A stretch of 64,000 nucleotides of DNA. It comes from Octopus bimaculoides. Its lineage: Eukaryota. Both the position numbers and the translations under genes were made by a program. The stretch is taken from NCBI RefSeq assembly GCF_001194135.2, contig NC_068982.1, forward strand, positions 121,485,844-121,549,843, written 5' to 3'. Under the pieces are notes generated by a model that worked only from the letters and a program-made list of their open reading frames with translations, ran no database searches and was not told the DNA's origin. Positions 25,773-39,902 of the stretch are shown in pieces; position 1 is the first letter of the stretch, and every line of letters begins with the position of its first letter.

Positions 25773-26877
25773 CTGCAACAAAATAATCCATTTTAACAAC
25801 ATAGAATTAACAGAGACTTAAAGGGAAAATTATTTCCTCCCTTCCTCTCATCTGTCACAGAGGAGTATTAAAAGGGCACTGCACTCCCGCCATTAACAAA
25901 GCCATTACAAAAAAAAAACCCAAAGAAGAACAACAAAAACTGGATGTAAATAAATGAAGATAAAATATAGGCACAGGCATGACTGCACGATTAAAAAGTT
26001 TGCTTCAAAACCCCGAGGTCTGGGGTTCAAGCCCACTGCAGGGCCTCTTGAACTTCAAATTGATTTTGCTGGTGACAGTACTGTGAATATACCAGAGTAC
26101 CACTATTGTATATTAAAAGTGAATGTATTGAGGTACTCACACTCTTAATCAGTTTTATAGTATTTTGTCTCCAATAAATTTGCAATTGAGATACATTTGT
26201 TAAATATTTACCTTCAGTACAATGGCGAATTCATGCCTCCACGACAATAGTGAACACACACATTGAACAAACTAGGGAATATGTTTCTACAGTGCATTAG
26301 TAAATGCATACCTCTTGCACATTGGTGAATATATACTTCCAATACAAAGCCTGGTAAATATATACTCTCAACACAAATATAGAAACATGCTTATTATAAT
26401 GTTAGTGACAACATATCTTCCATATAATAGTGAATACAACTCTAACCCATTAGTAACTATGTAATCCTGAAACAAGGTGCATGACTCAGTGGTTAAAGCA
26501 TTGGACTCACAATCATGAGGTGGTGAGTTCAATTCCCAGACTGGGCTGTGTGTTGTGTTCTTGAGCAAAACACTTTATTCCATGTTGCTCCAATTCACTC
26601 AGCTGTAGAAATGTGTTGCGACGTCGCTGGTGCCTTTGGATAACATCGGTAGTGAAGAGAGGGGAGACTGCTATGCATGGGTGACTGCTGGTCTTCCATA
26701 AACAACCTGGATTTGTGCCTTGGAGGGGAACTTTCTAGGTGCAATCCTATGATCGTTCATGACAGAAGGGGGTTTTTACCCTTTACCCTTTACTTCCAAA
26801 CCAATAGTAAATACATTCAATACCAAAGTAATCAAAGATAGCTCTCTGTACCAAAAAGCACAGAAGAGATTACATAC

Positions 26878-27039
26878 CTGATTGGTCTTAAGTCCTTTCT
26901 TCCACCCCCAGGCTGCTACATAGCTGAGAACGAGGACAGCAAGGTGACCAACAAATGTCTGGTGAACGGCAGAAAGGGTGAACAATACCAAAGCACTGGA
27001 ACCAACCAGAAAGACACAACGGAAGAATAAATTGTGAAC
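26878..27039 (-). CDS. SLC9B2-like: SLC9B/NHA-like exon (VHNLFFRCVFLVGSSALVLFTLSAVHQTFVGHLAVLVLSYVAAWGWKKGLKTNQ)
   Basis: Acceptor cttctacttccag, donor CAG|gtatgt, 162 nt, phase 0 to 0. Matches NHA2 KRTFLVLGLSVLAVF...LCTLVMAFLAGMGW. Confidence 0.88.
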
Positions 27040-27299
27040 CTGGAAGTAGAAGTTATCCTTTTAAATATAAGCTTGTAGTAAGAGTATTGGCAGAGTCCCA
27101 AATTCCAACTCATTGCCTAGAAATAAAACCCCAAATTGCTGTGTTCAAGCAAGTAAATATTTGTGAACACCCAATAGTAACTAGTTGGGGACTGATGATG
27201 TCAGCAAGCAACTAACCATCCAGATCACTAGTAAACACATTAAGAACTTGCTGGGCTCACAGTTGATGTAAACAACTGAAACATTTGAGGATAAATAAC

Positions 27300-27645
27300 A
27301 TAGGCACAGGCATAGCTTTGTGGTAAGAAGCTTGCTTCCCAACCACATGGTTCTAGGTTCAGTCCCACTGTATGGCACCTTGGGCAAGTGTCTTCTACTA
27401 TAGCCTCAGGCCAACCAAAGCATTGTGAGTGGATTTAGTAGTTGAAAACTGAAAAGAAGCCCATTATACATGTGTGTGTGTGTATGTGTGTGTGTACATG
27501 TTGGTGTCAGTGTTTGACTCCACTGCTGCTTAACAACTTGTCTTGGTGTGTTTACATCCCCATAGCCTGGGGGTTGATTCATTCGACTAAAAATTCTTCA
27601 AGGCAGTGCCCCAGCATGGCCACAGATTAATGACTGAAACAAGTA
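27300..27645 (+). mobile_element. SINE family A
   Basis: Head and tail match family A. Confidence 0.75.
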
Positions 27646-28922
27646 ATGTCATTCACAATATTTCTTTTCTTTGACAGATCATTGTATTTATATAAATGGT
27701 TTGCCTGGTAATTGACAAGTGGTTGTAACATAGCAAAAGCAAATTGTTGCAGGAACTTATGCCACCCACTTTGGCCATGGAATTCAACAACTTCAATAAT
27801 CTACTATCATTGCTGACACACACATTATGCAGTGACTCGCACAAATTAACTCATTAGGTGAAAATATCTTTTTTGCTGTCATCATTACAAGAACAGCATT
27901 TTTTGTCAATGATTTATAACAGAAGCATGTTCACCGTTTGGCTCTTTAAGTAGCCACATTTTGGCTCATCACAAGATGGTTAAATCCTTCTAGCTTTACA
28001 TAGGCTGTCTATCCCATTGTGACAGACCAGTTGAGTGCAGGAAATTCATGTCTGTCCACTGAGAGCCTACCATCACCTATATCAGGAAGCTTTTTTCTTT
28101 TATTTCTTCATTGAGGTGGGTTTGCACAATGGAGTTTGGATCTTTGGCTGAGAGCAAGTTTTATTCTACAGGCAGCCTCAGCTATCCTTTGACAAGTATG
28201 TTTGTTCCTGTCTTCCAGCAGAAGTCATGCCTCGTATTTGTTCTTCCTATTCTACATTGCATACATCATCATTATGTACCAACTGCATGTTAAACCATTG
28301 TGTATATATTCTGATCATTCCTTCAAGATGTATCTCAACAGCTTTGCTGTGTCAATGCTTTTTAATGGGTTGAATAAACCATCGCATTTAATCCTGGTTT
28401 CCTCATCCTTCCTTTATCTATACACACAGCCTTACTCAGCTTTGTCCATCATCTCAACCTTCAGAGATTAAACATTAATAAATATCTTTTGTATTTGGAT
28501 TTTACACAGATTTTTGCTCTTCTGTCAATCAACTGAATGTTTTGTAATTACAACTCTTTTATATATTTAGTTAGATGAGTGAAGGCCCAGGAGCAACCGT
28601 TTTGGTTTGAGTGATTGAGTTAGTCATACGTGATGTTTCTGATTCCTGTTTAGTTATTTCACTCCAGTTACTTTATTAATGATCTTTGAAAAAGCACGAA
28701 CGTCATGAAATTTCATTTTTTTTCCTCTTCTCTATAAGATATCAATAAGATGTAAGATATCAAAAATCTTTATTTCTTTTAATGACAGTATTGTTTTTAA
28801 TGACATTATTTCTTCTGGCTGACAAAAAATCTATTTGACAGAAGGACACTCAAAGATGTACCATCATCATGACCATCACTACTACTAGTACTACTAACAA
28901 TCATCATTATCCCCACCACCAC

Positions 28923-28966
<44 letters not shown>

Positions 28967-31287
28967 ACTTGTTTATATAGTTTAAATAAAAATCTTAAAA
29001 AATTTTTCTACTCATTGATCCTCATATACTTTAAATATGAAATCAAATTCTTGAGCATTTTCCCAATTATTTGACCACTTTAATTTGCTCTGTATAGGAT
29101 AACTTACTTCCTTTTCGGTCAATCTTTGTAACTCACTTCATCCATGGCCAGTCTAGTTAAATCACCTCATTTGGGTGAACTTAGCTTATCTTTGGTCAAT
29201 TTTAGCTATCTCACTTCACCTTCGGTGAGCAATATATAACTTACTTCATCTTTAATCAACCCTAGTTATTTTATCATATCTCTTGTTATATCCAACAAAA
29301 TTACCTTAAGTTTACCACAGCTTTCTACCGCCCTAGCTGATCTTATCATCCAGTCTTCACTTACATCATGCAATATTATCAGTTTACTACATCTGATCCG
29401 TTAGTCAACCTTCACTAATCTGTTGACACCACCACTGATTCATAAACTAATTCTTTGTTTTTGGTTATAGTAGATGAAATTCAGATCATCTCACTAACAG
29501 CTTACCTCTACTCAATGAAAGTTGTTGACTTTTAAAGTACTTCACTAAATCTATTAAAACAAATGTCTATACTAAACCGCTACACTGAACTACTATAGTG
29601 AACCACCACACTTAGTTACTATATCCAGCAATCAGTATCTACAATCAGTAGATACAGGTTCCCATTATGACTGTACCGATTTAATCAATATATTCTGAAG
29701 AATATCTCAATATTTCTAATAAAATCATACACCCATTCTAAACAATTGCATCATTGGCTCTAAGAACCCTTTTTCTTATGATCCCTGATTAATGTACCCT
29801 GGGCATCCAACTGTAGAAACTCTGCCAAATCAGATTGGAGCCTGGCGTAGCCATCTGGTTCACCAGTCCTCAGTCAAATCGTCCAATCCATGCTAGCATG
29901 GAAAGCGGACATTAAACGATGATGATGATGATTAATGTTCCCTATAAAGTGATCCAAAAATCACTTTACATGGCACAATTCCCTTCCACAGTTCTCTTGC
30001 CTACTGTTTCCTATTTTGCCATTCCTGTTCAGCTTCCAATCACCCAATACTCCCTTAAAAGGTTATTCAGTACAACAATTCACATATCTCTGTAGAAAAT
30101 TACAAATGTTCGCATCAGCATGCTGTGACAAATGTATAGGAGAGAGATGATTTAGTTGATTGAAAAGGACCCTAATAGTATGACTTGTATTAATCTAATC
30201 ACACTTATTGTTATTAGATTGATGATGATGAAAAGAAATGTTAAACTCTGATGTGATTTGAATTCAGAATTAAAGGTAAATGCAAAGGAAAAACTGTTCA
30301 ACATTTTGTCTCTCGCTCCATAATATCCTGCTACAACTCCACCACTTTATCACTATGGAAGATCATAAGACAATATATATAATTTTACAATTATAGAAGA
30401 CAAAAAACTACATATTCAGAATAAAATTACAACTTCTTAATTAGTTTAATAAATTTAACAGAATTACGGAACTTAAATCTGTGATGCTAGCTTTCTGAAG
30501 TGTGATTATACAATTGATGTCACCATGTGATTCTAGATTTTTACAATGTGATAGTCATTTAGCATCATTCCAACACCTAGCACATTTAGTATCTTCTTAC
30601 TATGCAAATGTTTAATTAATTTAATAAAACTGATGAACTATATCCAGTGTTACTAGCTTTAGAAAAAAAATCTCTAAATTGAGTAAAGTCTTATTGTGAT
30701 TAACTAATAACTTGTACAGTAAAGTTTCTCAATGCAAAGCTAATGCCTTTCCTTAGCAACACCTCTGTTAGATTTTAGTGTACCCCCAAGTTAATCTCTT
30801 CTATAACCAATAAGAACCACCTACTTTAGAAGCCATAGCTCCAGCAATTCAATAATTTTCTTACCTCACTTGATACTTTTCTCTATCAGATATGGTAAGA
30901 TGGAAATAAAAACCTGCAGCAGATTTAATAAGAGAAGAGAATCTTGTGATAATCTGTCGAAGAAATCCCTGAATCTCATTCACTGTCATCTAAGATTATT
31001 GATTTATTTTCACTGTTGCAGTATCTTGGAGAAGAAAAAAGAAAAAAAAAATTCTCTCTCAAAATAATTTCACCTAAATTCTACAATATGAATTTCCTGG
31101 TTTTATTCCATTCCAGTCGCTTTTCGTGTCATTTTATCTCACTGTCTTTCCCAATGCACATATAAACACACACACATTATGCACACTCACATATGCACAC
31201 ACATATGCATACACCCACCCACATACACCACTGAACTCTTTCTACATTTTCTACCATTGATTTATATTTTCTCCATCTCTTTCCGCT

Positions 31288-31299
31288 ACCACCACCACC

Positions 31300-31369
<70 letters not shown>

Positions 31370-31465
31370 GTGCCGCTGCCTCCACCGCTGCCTCTGCGCC
31401 ACCGCCATGCCACCACCACCACCACCACCACCAATCACTGCTGTTACTGCTGCTGCTATTACTAC

Positions 31466-31496
<31 letters not shown>

Positions 31497-31541
31497 ACTA
31501 CTACTACTACTACTACTAGTACTACTACTACTACTACTACT
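31288..31541. repeat. Compound in-register trinucleotide tract (CAC)n(TAC)n(TGC)n...
   Basis: Direct inspection. It produces a homopolymer-rich spurious ORF. Confidence 0.9.
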
Positions 31542-32015
31542 ATGAAGGAAGAAGACTACCTTATGGTATTATGGTCATGTTCTCTTTTACTTTCTAAGAT
31601 CAAATTCCATTATGGGACCCACTTTGATTTTTGTCCTTCATTAAAATAAGTAGCAGTCAAATGCTAAAAGCAATACTAAATTTTGGGACATAATACTTGT
31701 TAGGAATAATTATTGTGAAAGATGTTGTTGTTTAACCCCAAGTCACCCTGGTTCAGTAAGCCTATTGTCAAAGGCCTTCCAGCCATGACTACTCTGCTTT
31801 GTTTTAAGGATATCTAGGATTACATTATCTAATGTGTTCTTTGCTTATTTAAGTTTGTAGCATGCATTTCAAGAGTGATTTTGCTACTTTGTCTAGCAGG
31901 TCAAGTGACCACTTAGTCTTCATTGGCATATGATTATAAGATGTAGTAGTTGTTGTTGTATAGTGCCAGGCTGGCTCTGAATGAGAAGATATATGATAAA
32001 AAAAAAATGTCCGGC

Positions 32016-32416
32016 AGGCGCAGAAGTGGCTGTGTGGTAAGTAGCTTGCTTACCAACCACATGGTTCCGGGTTCAGTCCCACTGCATGGCACCTTGGGCA
32101 AGTGTCTTCTACTATAGCCTCAGGCCGACCAAAGCCTTGCGAGTGGATTTGGTAGATGGAAACTGAAAGAAGCCCGTCGTGTATATGTGTATATATATAT
32201 ATATGTATGTGTGTTTTTCCGCCCCACCATCACTTGACAACTGATGCTAGTGTGTTTACGTCCCCGTAACTTAGCGGTTCGGCAAAAGAGACTGATAGAA
32301 TAAGTACTAGGCTTACAAAGAATAAGTCTTGGGGTTGATTTGCTTGACTAAAGGTGGTGCTCCAGCATGGCCACAGTCAAATGACTGAAACAAGTAAAAG
32401 AGTAAGAGTAAAGAGT
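32016..32416 (+). mobile_element. SINE family A, full length
   Basis: Near-identical to the 13325 and 54425 copies. Confidence 0.85.
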
Positions 32417-32975
32417 ATCCATCCCGTGTTTCCTTTTTTTCAGATTTCATCATATCTAACAGAACCTTATATAAGTAATCTTAGATGATCATCATTTTTA
32501 AAAGAGTAGTAAGTGATGTAAGGGAGAGTTAGCTTCTATTTCTGTCAGATGCAACAACTATGTAGAGAATCTCCTTTAGATGGAAAGAGGTGGTCAGCCT
32601 CTATGACCTTAGCAGTCTCTCTGCATTTAACATCTGCTTTAACATCTAAAAATATTCTGATCAAGATATGATGAAGATGAAAGTAAAAAGAGAAGCTTTG
32701 TTAAAGAGAGGAAGCTGTTGGTTTAAATTTCTTCAATGGATGTTTCTATTTATATGTATGAAATAAATGTCACATCGAATGCTGCTGGTAAAATGTAATC
32801 CAATACAACCTGCTTCATTGTTGATTGTCAACAACTGAATGAGTATCTCACAGAGCTTGGTTGCTGAAATGGGTTGTGGTGGGGAGTTGCTGGAAATTCA
32901 GTAAGACAAAAACAAAATCTTTCAAAAGACTGGATAACCCAACAAAGGGTCAGTAACTATCTTTAATTTTATCTT

Positions 32976-33181
32976 CTTTTCCTTGTTTCAGTCAGTAGAC
33001 AGCGGTCATACTGGGGCATCATTTTGGAATGTTTTAGTTGAGCAGATATCAACCCCAGTATTTCTTTTTATGTCTAGCACTTATTCTATCATTCTGTTTT
33101 GCTGAACTGCTATGTTTTAGAGTCATAAACAAACCAACACCAGTTGTCAAGCAAAGCAAGGGTCAAACACAGACATAAACA

Positions 33182-33227
<46 letters not shown>

Positions 33228-33385
33228 CTGATGATGAGCTTTTACACCATTTTTGTCCACCAAATTCACTCACAAGGTATTGGTCTGTATGGCACTATAG
33301 TTGAAGAGATTTGCTCAAGGTGCAGCATTGTGGGACTGAACCAAAGAGCCACATGGTTGCAAAGTGAATTTCTGAACCATACATC
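32976..33385 (-). mobile_element. SINE family A, older copy in inverted orientation
   Basis: Diverged reverse complement of family A. Confidence 0.7.
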
Positions 33386-34118
33386 CATGCTTAGAAATAC
33401 TTTGAGATAGTAAAAGAGTTTACTTTAGGAGCACTTTTGGAATGATAGGCCCCCCCTACTTCTTGTTAGAACTTCTATCTATTCTAGAGAGGGAAAGATA
33501 GGGTTCTTTAGCCACAATGAGCTACCTGCTATGCACTGTTGCCTTATACATGAATCTAGGAAAACAAAGGATAAGGGAATAAAAGCTATGAGGATCAGTT
33601 TTCAGTAAGTTTCTGACAGACTGCTTTCCCAGTAGTTAGGAGGTACAGTACCAGTTGTCTCCCTTTTCAGTGAATCCATCTCCTTCACTGTGAAAGTAAT
33701 GATACTGAGAAATGCAGTCCAAACACTTCTATAAGGCTTTATTATGTAAATAAATTCTGTAATGTGGATCATGGCATTAGGGATCACATATATATGTGAT
33801 ACTGAAATACTGCAACATCATTTATGAAGAGACACAGTAGGTGTAACATAGATGGTGGCAATGGCTGCAATTCTCCAGTTATGCATAGAGCTGTATCTTC
33901 CATTGTTGCTGATCTTTAAAAACCACAGCCATCAAACAATCCATAATTGAAGAAGCTGATCATCAATTTTGAGGGACAGCCATAAGCATGTGTGTATATA
34001 CGTCTGTGTGACTATACATGTGTATCTATCTGTATATGTATGTATGTATATATGTATGTATGTATATATGTATGTATGTATGTATATATGTATGTATGTA
34101 TATATGTATGTATGTATG

Positions 34119-34152
<34 letters not shown>

Positions 34153-34185
34153 TGTATGCATATGTATGTATGTATATCTATCTGC

Positions 34186-34216
<31 letters not shown>

Positions 34217-35179
34217 TGTATGTATGTATGCATGCATGTATGTATGTATGTATGTATGTATGCATGTATGTGTTTGAAGATGTGTGTATGTCTCCATGCA
34301 TATGCGTATGTGTGTATGCACATGGAAGTGTGTATATGTTTGTACTTGTATATATGTTTAGAGGTGTGTATGTGTTTGTACATGAATGTGTGTATATATA
34401 TGTATATGTGTTCATGTGCATGAGTATGTGTGTAAGAAGGTGTGTGCATGCATGTGTTTATGCACATGTGAGTTTGTTTGAATGAGTTTGTTTGTTAGTA
34501 TAAGTCCATATGCATGTGTTTGTGTTCTTGCATATATGTGTGAGATGAAGTAATGGAAATAACAATAGTCACAACAACAGTTAGCAACAACTACAGTGGT
34601 AACATTAGCAACAGTAATAATAACATCAACAACAACAACAACAACAGCAACAAATTAACTGCTGTATTTTCAGATTGATTAGCTTTTCAAAGAATCTGCT
34701 TAGTTTACTAATGAACTATAATTACTAATACAGTGTCGATACAACATGGGTTCTGAATAAATTATGCAAAATTGTCTTTAAAACAATGAAGAATATTCCA
34801 GCAGGATGCAAACCCAAAAGCAGACTTTACATAATAAAGGAGGCTGAGGTCGTTCTTAAAGAACATGGTCAGTTGAGACATACATATTCTAAATCTCCAC
34901 AAATTAGAAGAATCAATTGTTTTAATGTCCACTTTTCCATGCTCACATGGGTTGGATGGAATTTCTTTGAAGCATATTTTTTTAGAGCCAGATGCTCTTC
35001 CTGTTGCCAACCCTCACTTGTTTCTATGTAAGGTAATATTTCCCCATGATCTGACATGTTTTCACAGCAGATTGGAAATGAAGGACACTACTTACATGAC
35101 AGAGACATTCATTTACAACTGACACATAATGTCAAGAGAAAGGGACAGTGACACACATACATACACACACAAATGCATG

Positions 35180-35232
<53 letters not shown>

Positions 35233-37182
35233 ACACAGGCACACACAAAAAGTTTTCACTAAGTTTGGTTGAACCAGGGCTAGTGTAGAGGACACCCAAG
35301 GTGTCACACAGTGGGATTGAACTTGGTATCATATGATTGAAAAGTAAACTTCTTGCCACACAACCATGCAAATCTTCCAAATAATAAAACAATCAAATCC
35401 ATGCAATTGCTAGAATGTATTTAGTGTTTCAATTTTTGCACAAAACTGAGAAGCTGGAAAAAACAATGAAAACATTGAACAAACAGAGCAACTACTTTCT
35501 GAATATTGTCATTAAATTCAGCAAAAAATCCATTTCTAATCCACAAAAGTTGGTGGACAAATTCAATAAGCAATTTGTAGTTTGGGGTTTAAATCAAATT
35601 TGGTCACCAATAAATTAAATAAATACCTATCTATCAACCTTACTGGCATTTCTTGCAAGGAAAGCATTGCAACTCTCAGTACCTAAATAGACAGTGGCTT
35701 TGTTCAGTCCTAAACCCAAGCCCGTGTTCCTAGAGTAATATCTCAAGATACAGGGAATCATACTCAACCTAATTTTCACTTCTTCACTGAATTAATCCAA
35801 ATTTTTTAAATCACTGATTGACAGTATTGGTGGACAGAATGAATTTACTATTACAACAATCTGCAAACTAATCAGTTAACCAATTCTCAATTATGCATGC
35901 CCAGGAAGGATACATAATAAAAGCAAATGCATGACTTACAAAATGCAGTTCATTTTTGTAACCTCAGCTTTCAGGAAAATAGTAGCTGGAGACCATCTCT
36001 AATATGAACAAAAAAAAAATTAATGAGCTGTTAGTGAGAAGGATAACATGCCTGATAGTAGATAAGCAGACTCCAGGTTCAACATCTGCTGAGCTTGAAT
36101 TTTATATTAGCAAGTTGGGCAAAATGCTTTGTGGCATTTCATGTCTTTATGGTCTGAGTTCAAATTCTGCTAAAGTCAACTTTGCCTTTCATCATTTTGG
36201 GGTCAATAAAATAAGTACCGGTTGAGCTCTGGAGTCAATATAATTGACTGAAACCTTCTTCGAAATTAATGACCCTGTGCCAAAATTTGGAACCAAAAAT
36301 GCTGAAAGTGCAGTAACACTCATATTTGCTGCCCTTCATAATATCTCGTTCAATATCGTAGCAGAAGTCATTCACATCATCTCTCATCTTTAATTTCAAA
36401 TTTTAAAAAAAAGTTGTCAACTCTATTCATTAAATTCAATGAAAAACTCATACCTAAAGACAGGAGATGACAAAAAAAAAATACTTCACTGTTAGGTGTT
36501 GGAAAATGTGATTTAGGTTACCAGCCTAGAATAGTACAATACTACATAATAGCTAATTATCATCAGAACAGTTCATAAACAAAAATGAAGAATGCCAACC
36601 ATAGAAAACAAGGTGTACACTAGCAAAATTTCTCTCCAGTTTCTGGTCTCTGCTAAATATTAATCAAAGTTGAAGAGATCCAGAAATCACCAACATATGT
36701 CAAGATTACAATGATACTCTACATGTCCCACATCTCTTCTACAGTACAGCAAATCCTCTTTATTTAGATATACTAGAATTATGAAACAATCCCAGGAAAG
36801 AAGCAAATATCTTCAACAGGAATTGCAACAGTGAACTTTATTGAGGCAACTACAACAACAACAACGACAATAACAACAAATATACTGTTATATCCCATAT
36901 ACATGTAGTCCCATTGTGAAATTGGTCCTCCATGGAAGACTTGTGAACAGTTTAGAATGAGTATTGGATCAATTACTCTCATTGTTGTTCAACAATATAC
37001 TGAATGTGCTTACCGTCCTTTCCCAAAATGTCACATATTTGTAACATAGAGCTACTGTACTTATTAAATATGTAGATGAGAATGTCTAGAGACTCTTCAT
37101 TTACATAATAATAGAAGTTCATGGCTGAAATTGATAGCTGGGTTTTAATAGTAAGACAGTGTGATGATATAGGATAAATTAT

Positions 37183-37213
<31 letters not shown>

Positions 37214-37267
37214 CCATTCTATCAATGTATCTATCAATCTATCTATTTGTTTGCATACATACATACA

Positions 37268-37298
<31 letters not shown>

Positions 37299-37598
37299 GT
37301 TGTTTGTCATCATCATCATCATTTAACATCTGTTGTCCATGCTGGCATGGGTTAGAGGGTTTTACCAGGGCTGGTAAGCTGAGGGGCTGCACCAGACTCC
37401 AGTCTGATTTGGCATGGTTTCTAGACAGATATGTGATATTACATAATGTCACTGCTTGTTTCTAACTAATGGATCAACTACAAAGAGGCTTCTTCAGTTT
37501 AATGTAATCAAGTAAGTTTCATAAATGAAGAAAGCAGTTAAAAATGGTTTTATGTTACAAGGAATTTTGTTTCAAATCATTGATTGTTGGTAACTTAC

Positions 37599-37705
37599 AA
37601 AATCTTCAGGTGGAATATAGCACAGAAGAATTCCTACAATAACTCCAACAAGAATTTCTCCAAATGGTTCCAATAATTTCAGAATGATGTTTGCCGCATT
37701 ATTTT
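37599..37705 (-). CDS. SLC9B2-like: SLC9B/NHA-like exon (E-NNAANIILKLLEPFGEILVGVIVGILLCYIPPEDF)
   Basis: Acceptor tctcccttctaag, donor |gtaagt, 107 nt, phase 1 to 0. Matches NHA2 ...LEVVIGVATGSVLGFFIQYFPSRDQ. Confidence 0.88.
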
Positions 37706-38602
37706 CTTAGAAGGGAGAGTAAAAGAAAATTAGTTTTCACAGGTTAAACATGATTAAAACTTTAATTAAAATATCTATAACTTCATCAACAGTACCAATA
37801 AATAAGATTGGCCTTTTGAAATATTATTAAGAAATAAATTTGTTCACATTTAGCACATTCTTTTATGAATCTATTTCTGTATATTTACTGGAATTGTCAT
37901 TATAGACAGGACAATTGATTAACAAATATTACTTGTTCAGTCTCCTTATTTACAAAGTTTATCTACTACACAATGTGTATAATTATCCAGTTAACATCTA
38001 TGCACACACGCGCGCGCGTGCACACACACACACACACACACTTGTGTATGCATATCTATCTATCTATGTATATATATATGAAATTTATTGAATGTTGGAA
38101 TTTGTATGAACATTTGTTTTTCTGAATCTTTTCTTGAACCTTTAAATGTTGAAACTGGTCTGATATTTTATTAAATTTGTTAAAAAAATTCAAAGCTATA
38201 GACTCAGGTACCCAAAACTAACTCTCCTATATCCTTTCTTGCATGAGAATAAGCCTTTTTCTCCATATGTCATCATTATCATCATCAGCATTTAATGCTC
38301 ACCTTCCATGCTAGTATGGGTGGGACATATAAATAAATATATATATATATATATAAATTAAAACAGTAGGGTAAAAAATTGGATATTAATTAATATCAAT
38401 TTAATACCAGGGAACAAGCACATTAAATGAATCAAGGAGATTCAGAAAATATCTGTTTCTCATCAGTATGGACTGCCAAATAAATATAATTCCCAGAATC
38501 GCATACTAGTTGTTCCCCATGCATTACATGTGATCTTCTTCTAGCACATTAACAGTCCACCTAGTGGTCTCCTTTATATATATNNNNNNNNNNNNNNNNN
38601 NN

Positions 38603-38635
<33 letters not shown>

Positions 38636-39001
38636 CATGAGGATTAGGGTTAGGGTTATTAGGGAAGGCACATGGCTTAGTAGTTAGGGTTTGTAGCTTA
38701 TGATCATAAGGACGTGAGTTCAGTTCCTGGCAACACAATGTGTCCTTAAGCAAGATACTTTATTTCACACTACTCCAGTCCACTCAGCTAGCAAAAGTCA
38801 GTAGTACCTGCATTTCAAAGGGGCCAGCCTTGTCACACTCTGTGTCATGCTGAATCTCTCTGAGAAGTGCATTAAGGGTATACGTGTCTGTGGAGTGCTC
38901 AGTCATTTGTATGTAAATTTCATGAGCAGGCTGTTCCCTTGATCGAATCAACTGGAACCGTCATTGTCATAAGTGACAGAGTGCCATTTTTTAAAATATA
39001 T

Positions 39002-39106
<105 letters not shown>

Positions 39107-39819
39107 TGGGGAGAATATGTGTTATACATTGGCGGAGACAATATATGTTATTATTTAGTTCCAGGTCAGCTCTGATGAAGGAAACCAAGAAGCACATCAT
39201 TTTATCCTATCCTTATTTCTTCAGACACAGTTATAAATTGTGATGCCATTTCTCTGAGATAACATGATGTGGTTTGAAGGACTTCTTGCTTTTATTTCTA
39301 GCTGGTTAACTGATCATAAAGAAACTTACTTATTGGCTATTTGTATATATATATATACACCATTTTGAGCGTGACAGTTGCCAGTACCGCCTGACTGGCC
39401 TTCGTGCGGCAGACACGTAAAAGCACCCACTACACTCTCTGAGTGGTTGGCGTTAGGAAGGGCATCCAGCTGTAGAAACTCTGCCAAATCAGATTGGAGC
39501 CTGGTGTTGCCATCCGGTTTCACCAGTCCTCAGTCAAATCGTCCAACCCATGCTAGCATGGAAAGCGGACGTTAAACGATGATGATGATATATGCATTGT
39601 GTGTGCATGTTGTATGCATGTGTGTGTGTCTGTGTGTCTGTGTCTGTGTGTCTGTGTCTGTGTATGTGTTGCAATTATGAGTAACAGAGAGACTTAATAG
39701 GATAGAAAGTGACAGAGATGTTCACACAGTAGCAAAAAGAGATAGAAATAAAGAGAGAAAGGAAGGAGAAAGAAAGAGGGAGAAACAGAAAAGTGTGCAA
39801 GTATATTTATGATCGTGTG

Positions 39820-39850
<31 letters not shown>

Positions 39851-39902
39851 CTGTGTGTGTGCATAGAAAGAGAATGAGAAATGTAGAGAAGTAATGTTAT
39901 AC

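Noticed and set aside
30865-30989. Open minus-strand segment with a gtaag donor (MTVNEIQGFLRQIITRF...)
   Set aside because: The acceptor is weak, there is no NHA similarity, and 125 nt (or 49 nt from the inner acceptor) would break the frame. The 37599 to 27039 junction already completes the protein.
33602-33787. ORF ...SVWTAFLSIITFTVKEMDSLK...
   Set aside because: No family similarity and no convincing splice pair in a compatible phase.
38400-38480. Minus-strand CTGATGA in a segment resembling the 16.5-kb element
   Set aside because: No GAAA...UH arrangement or stem I; at most a decayed remnant.
38644-38665. ttagggttaggg telomere-like motif
   Set aside because: Only two perfect units, which is too short to call an interstitial telomere.
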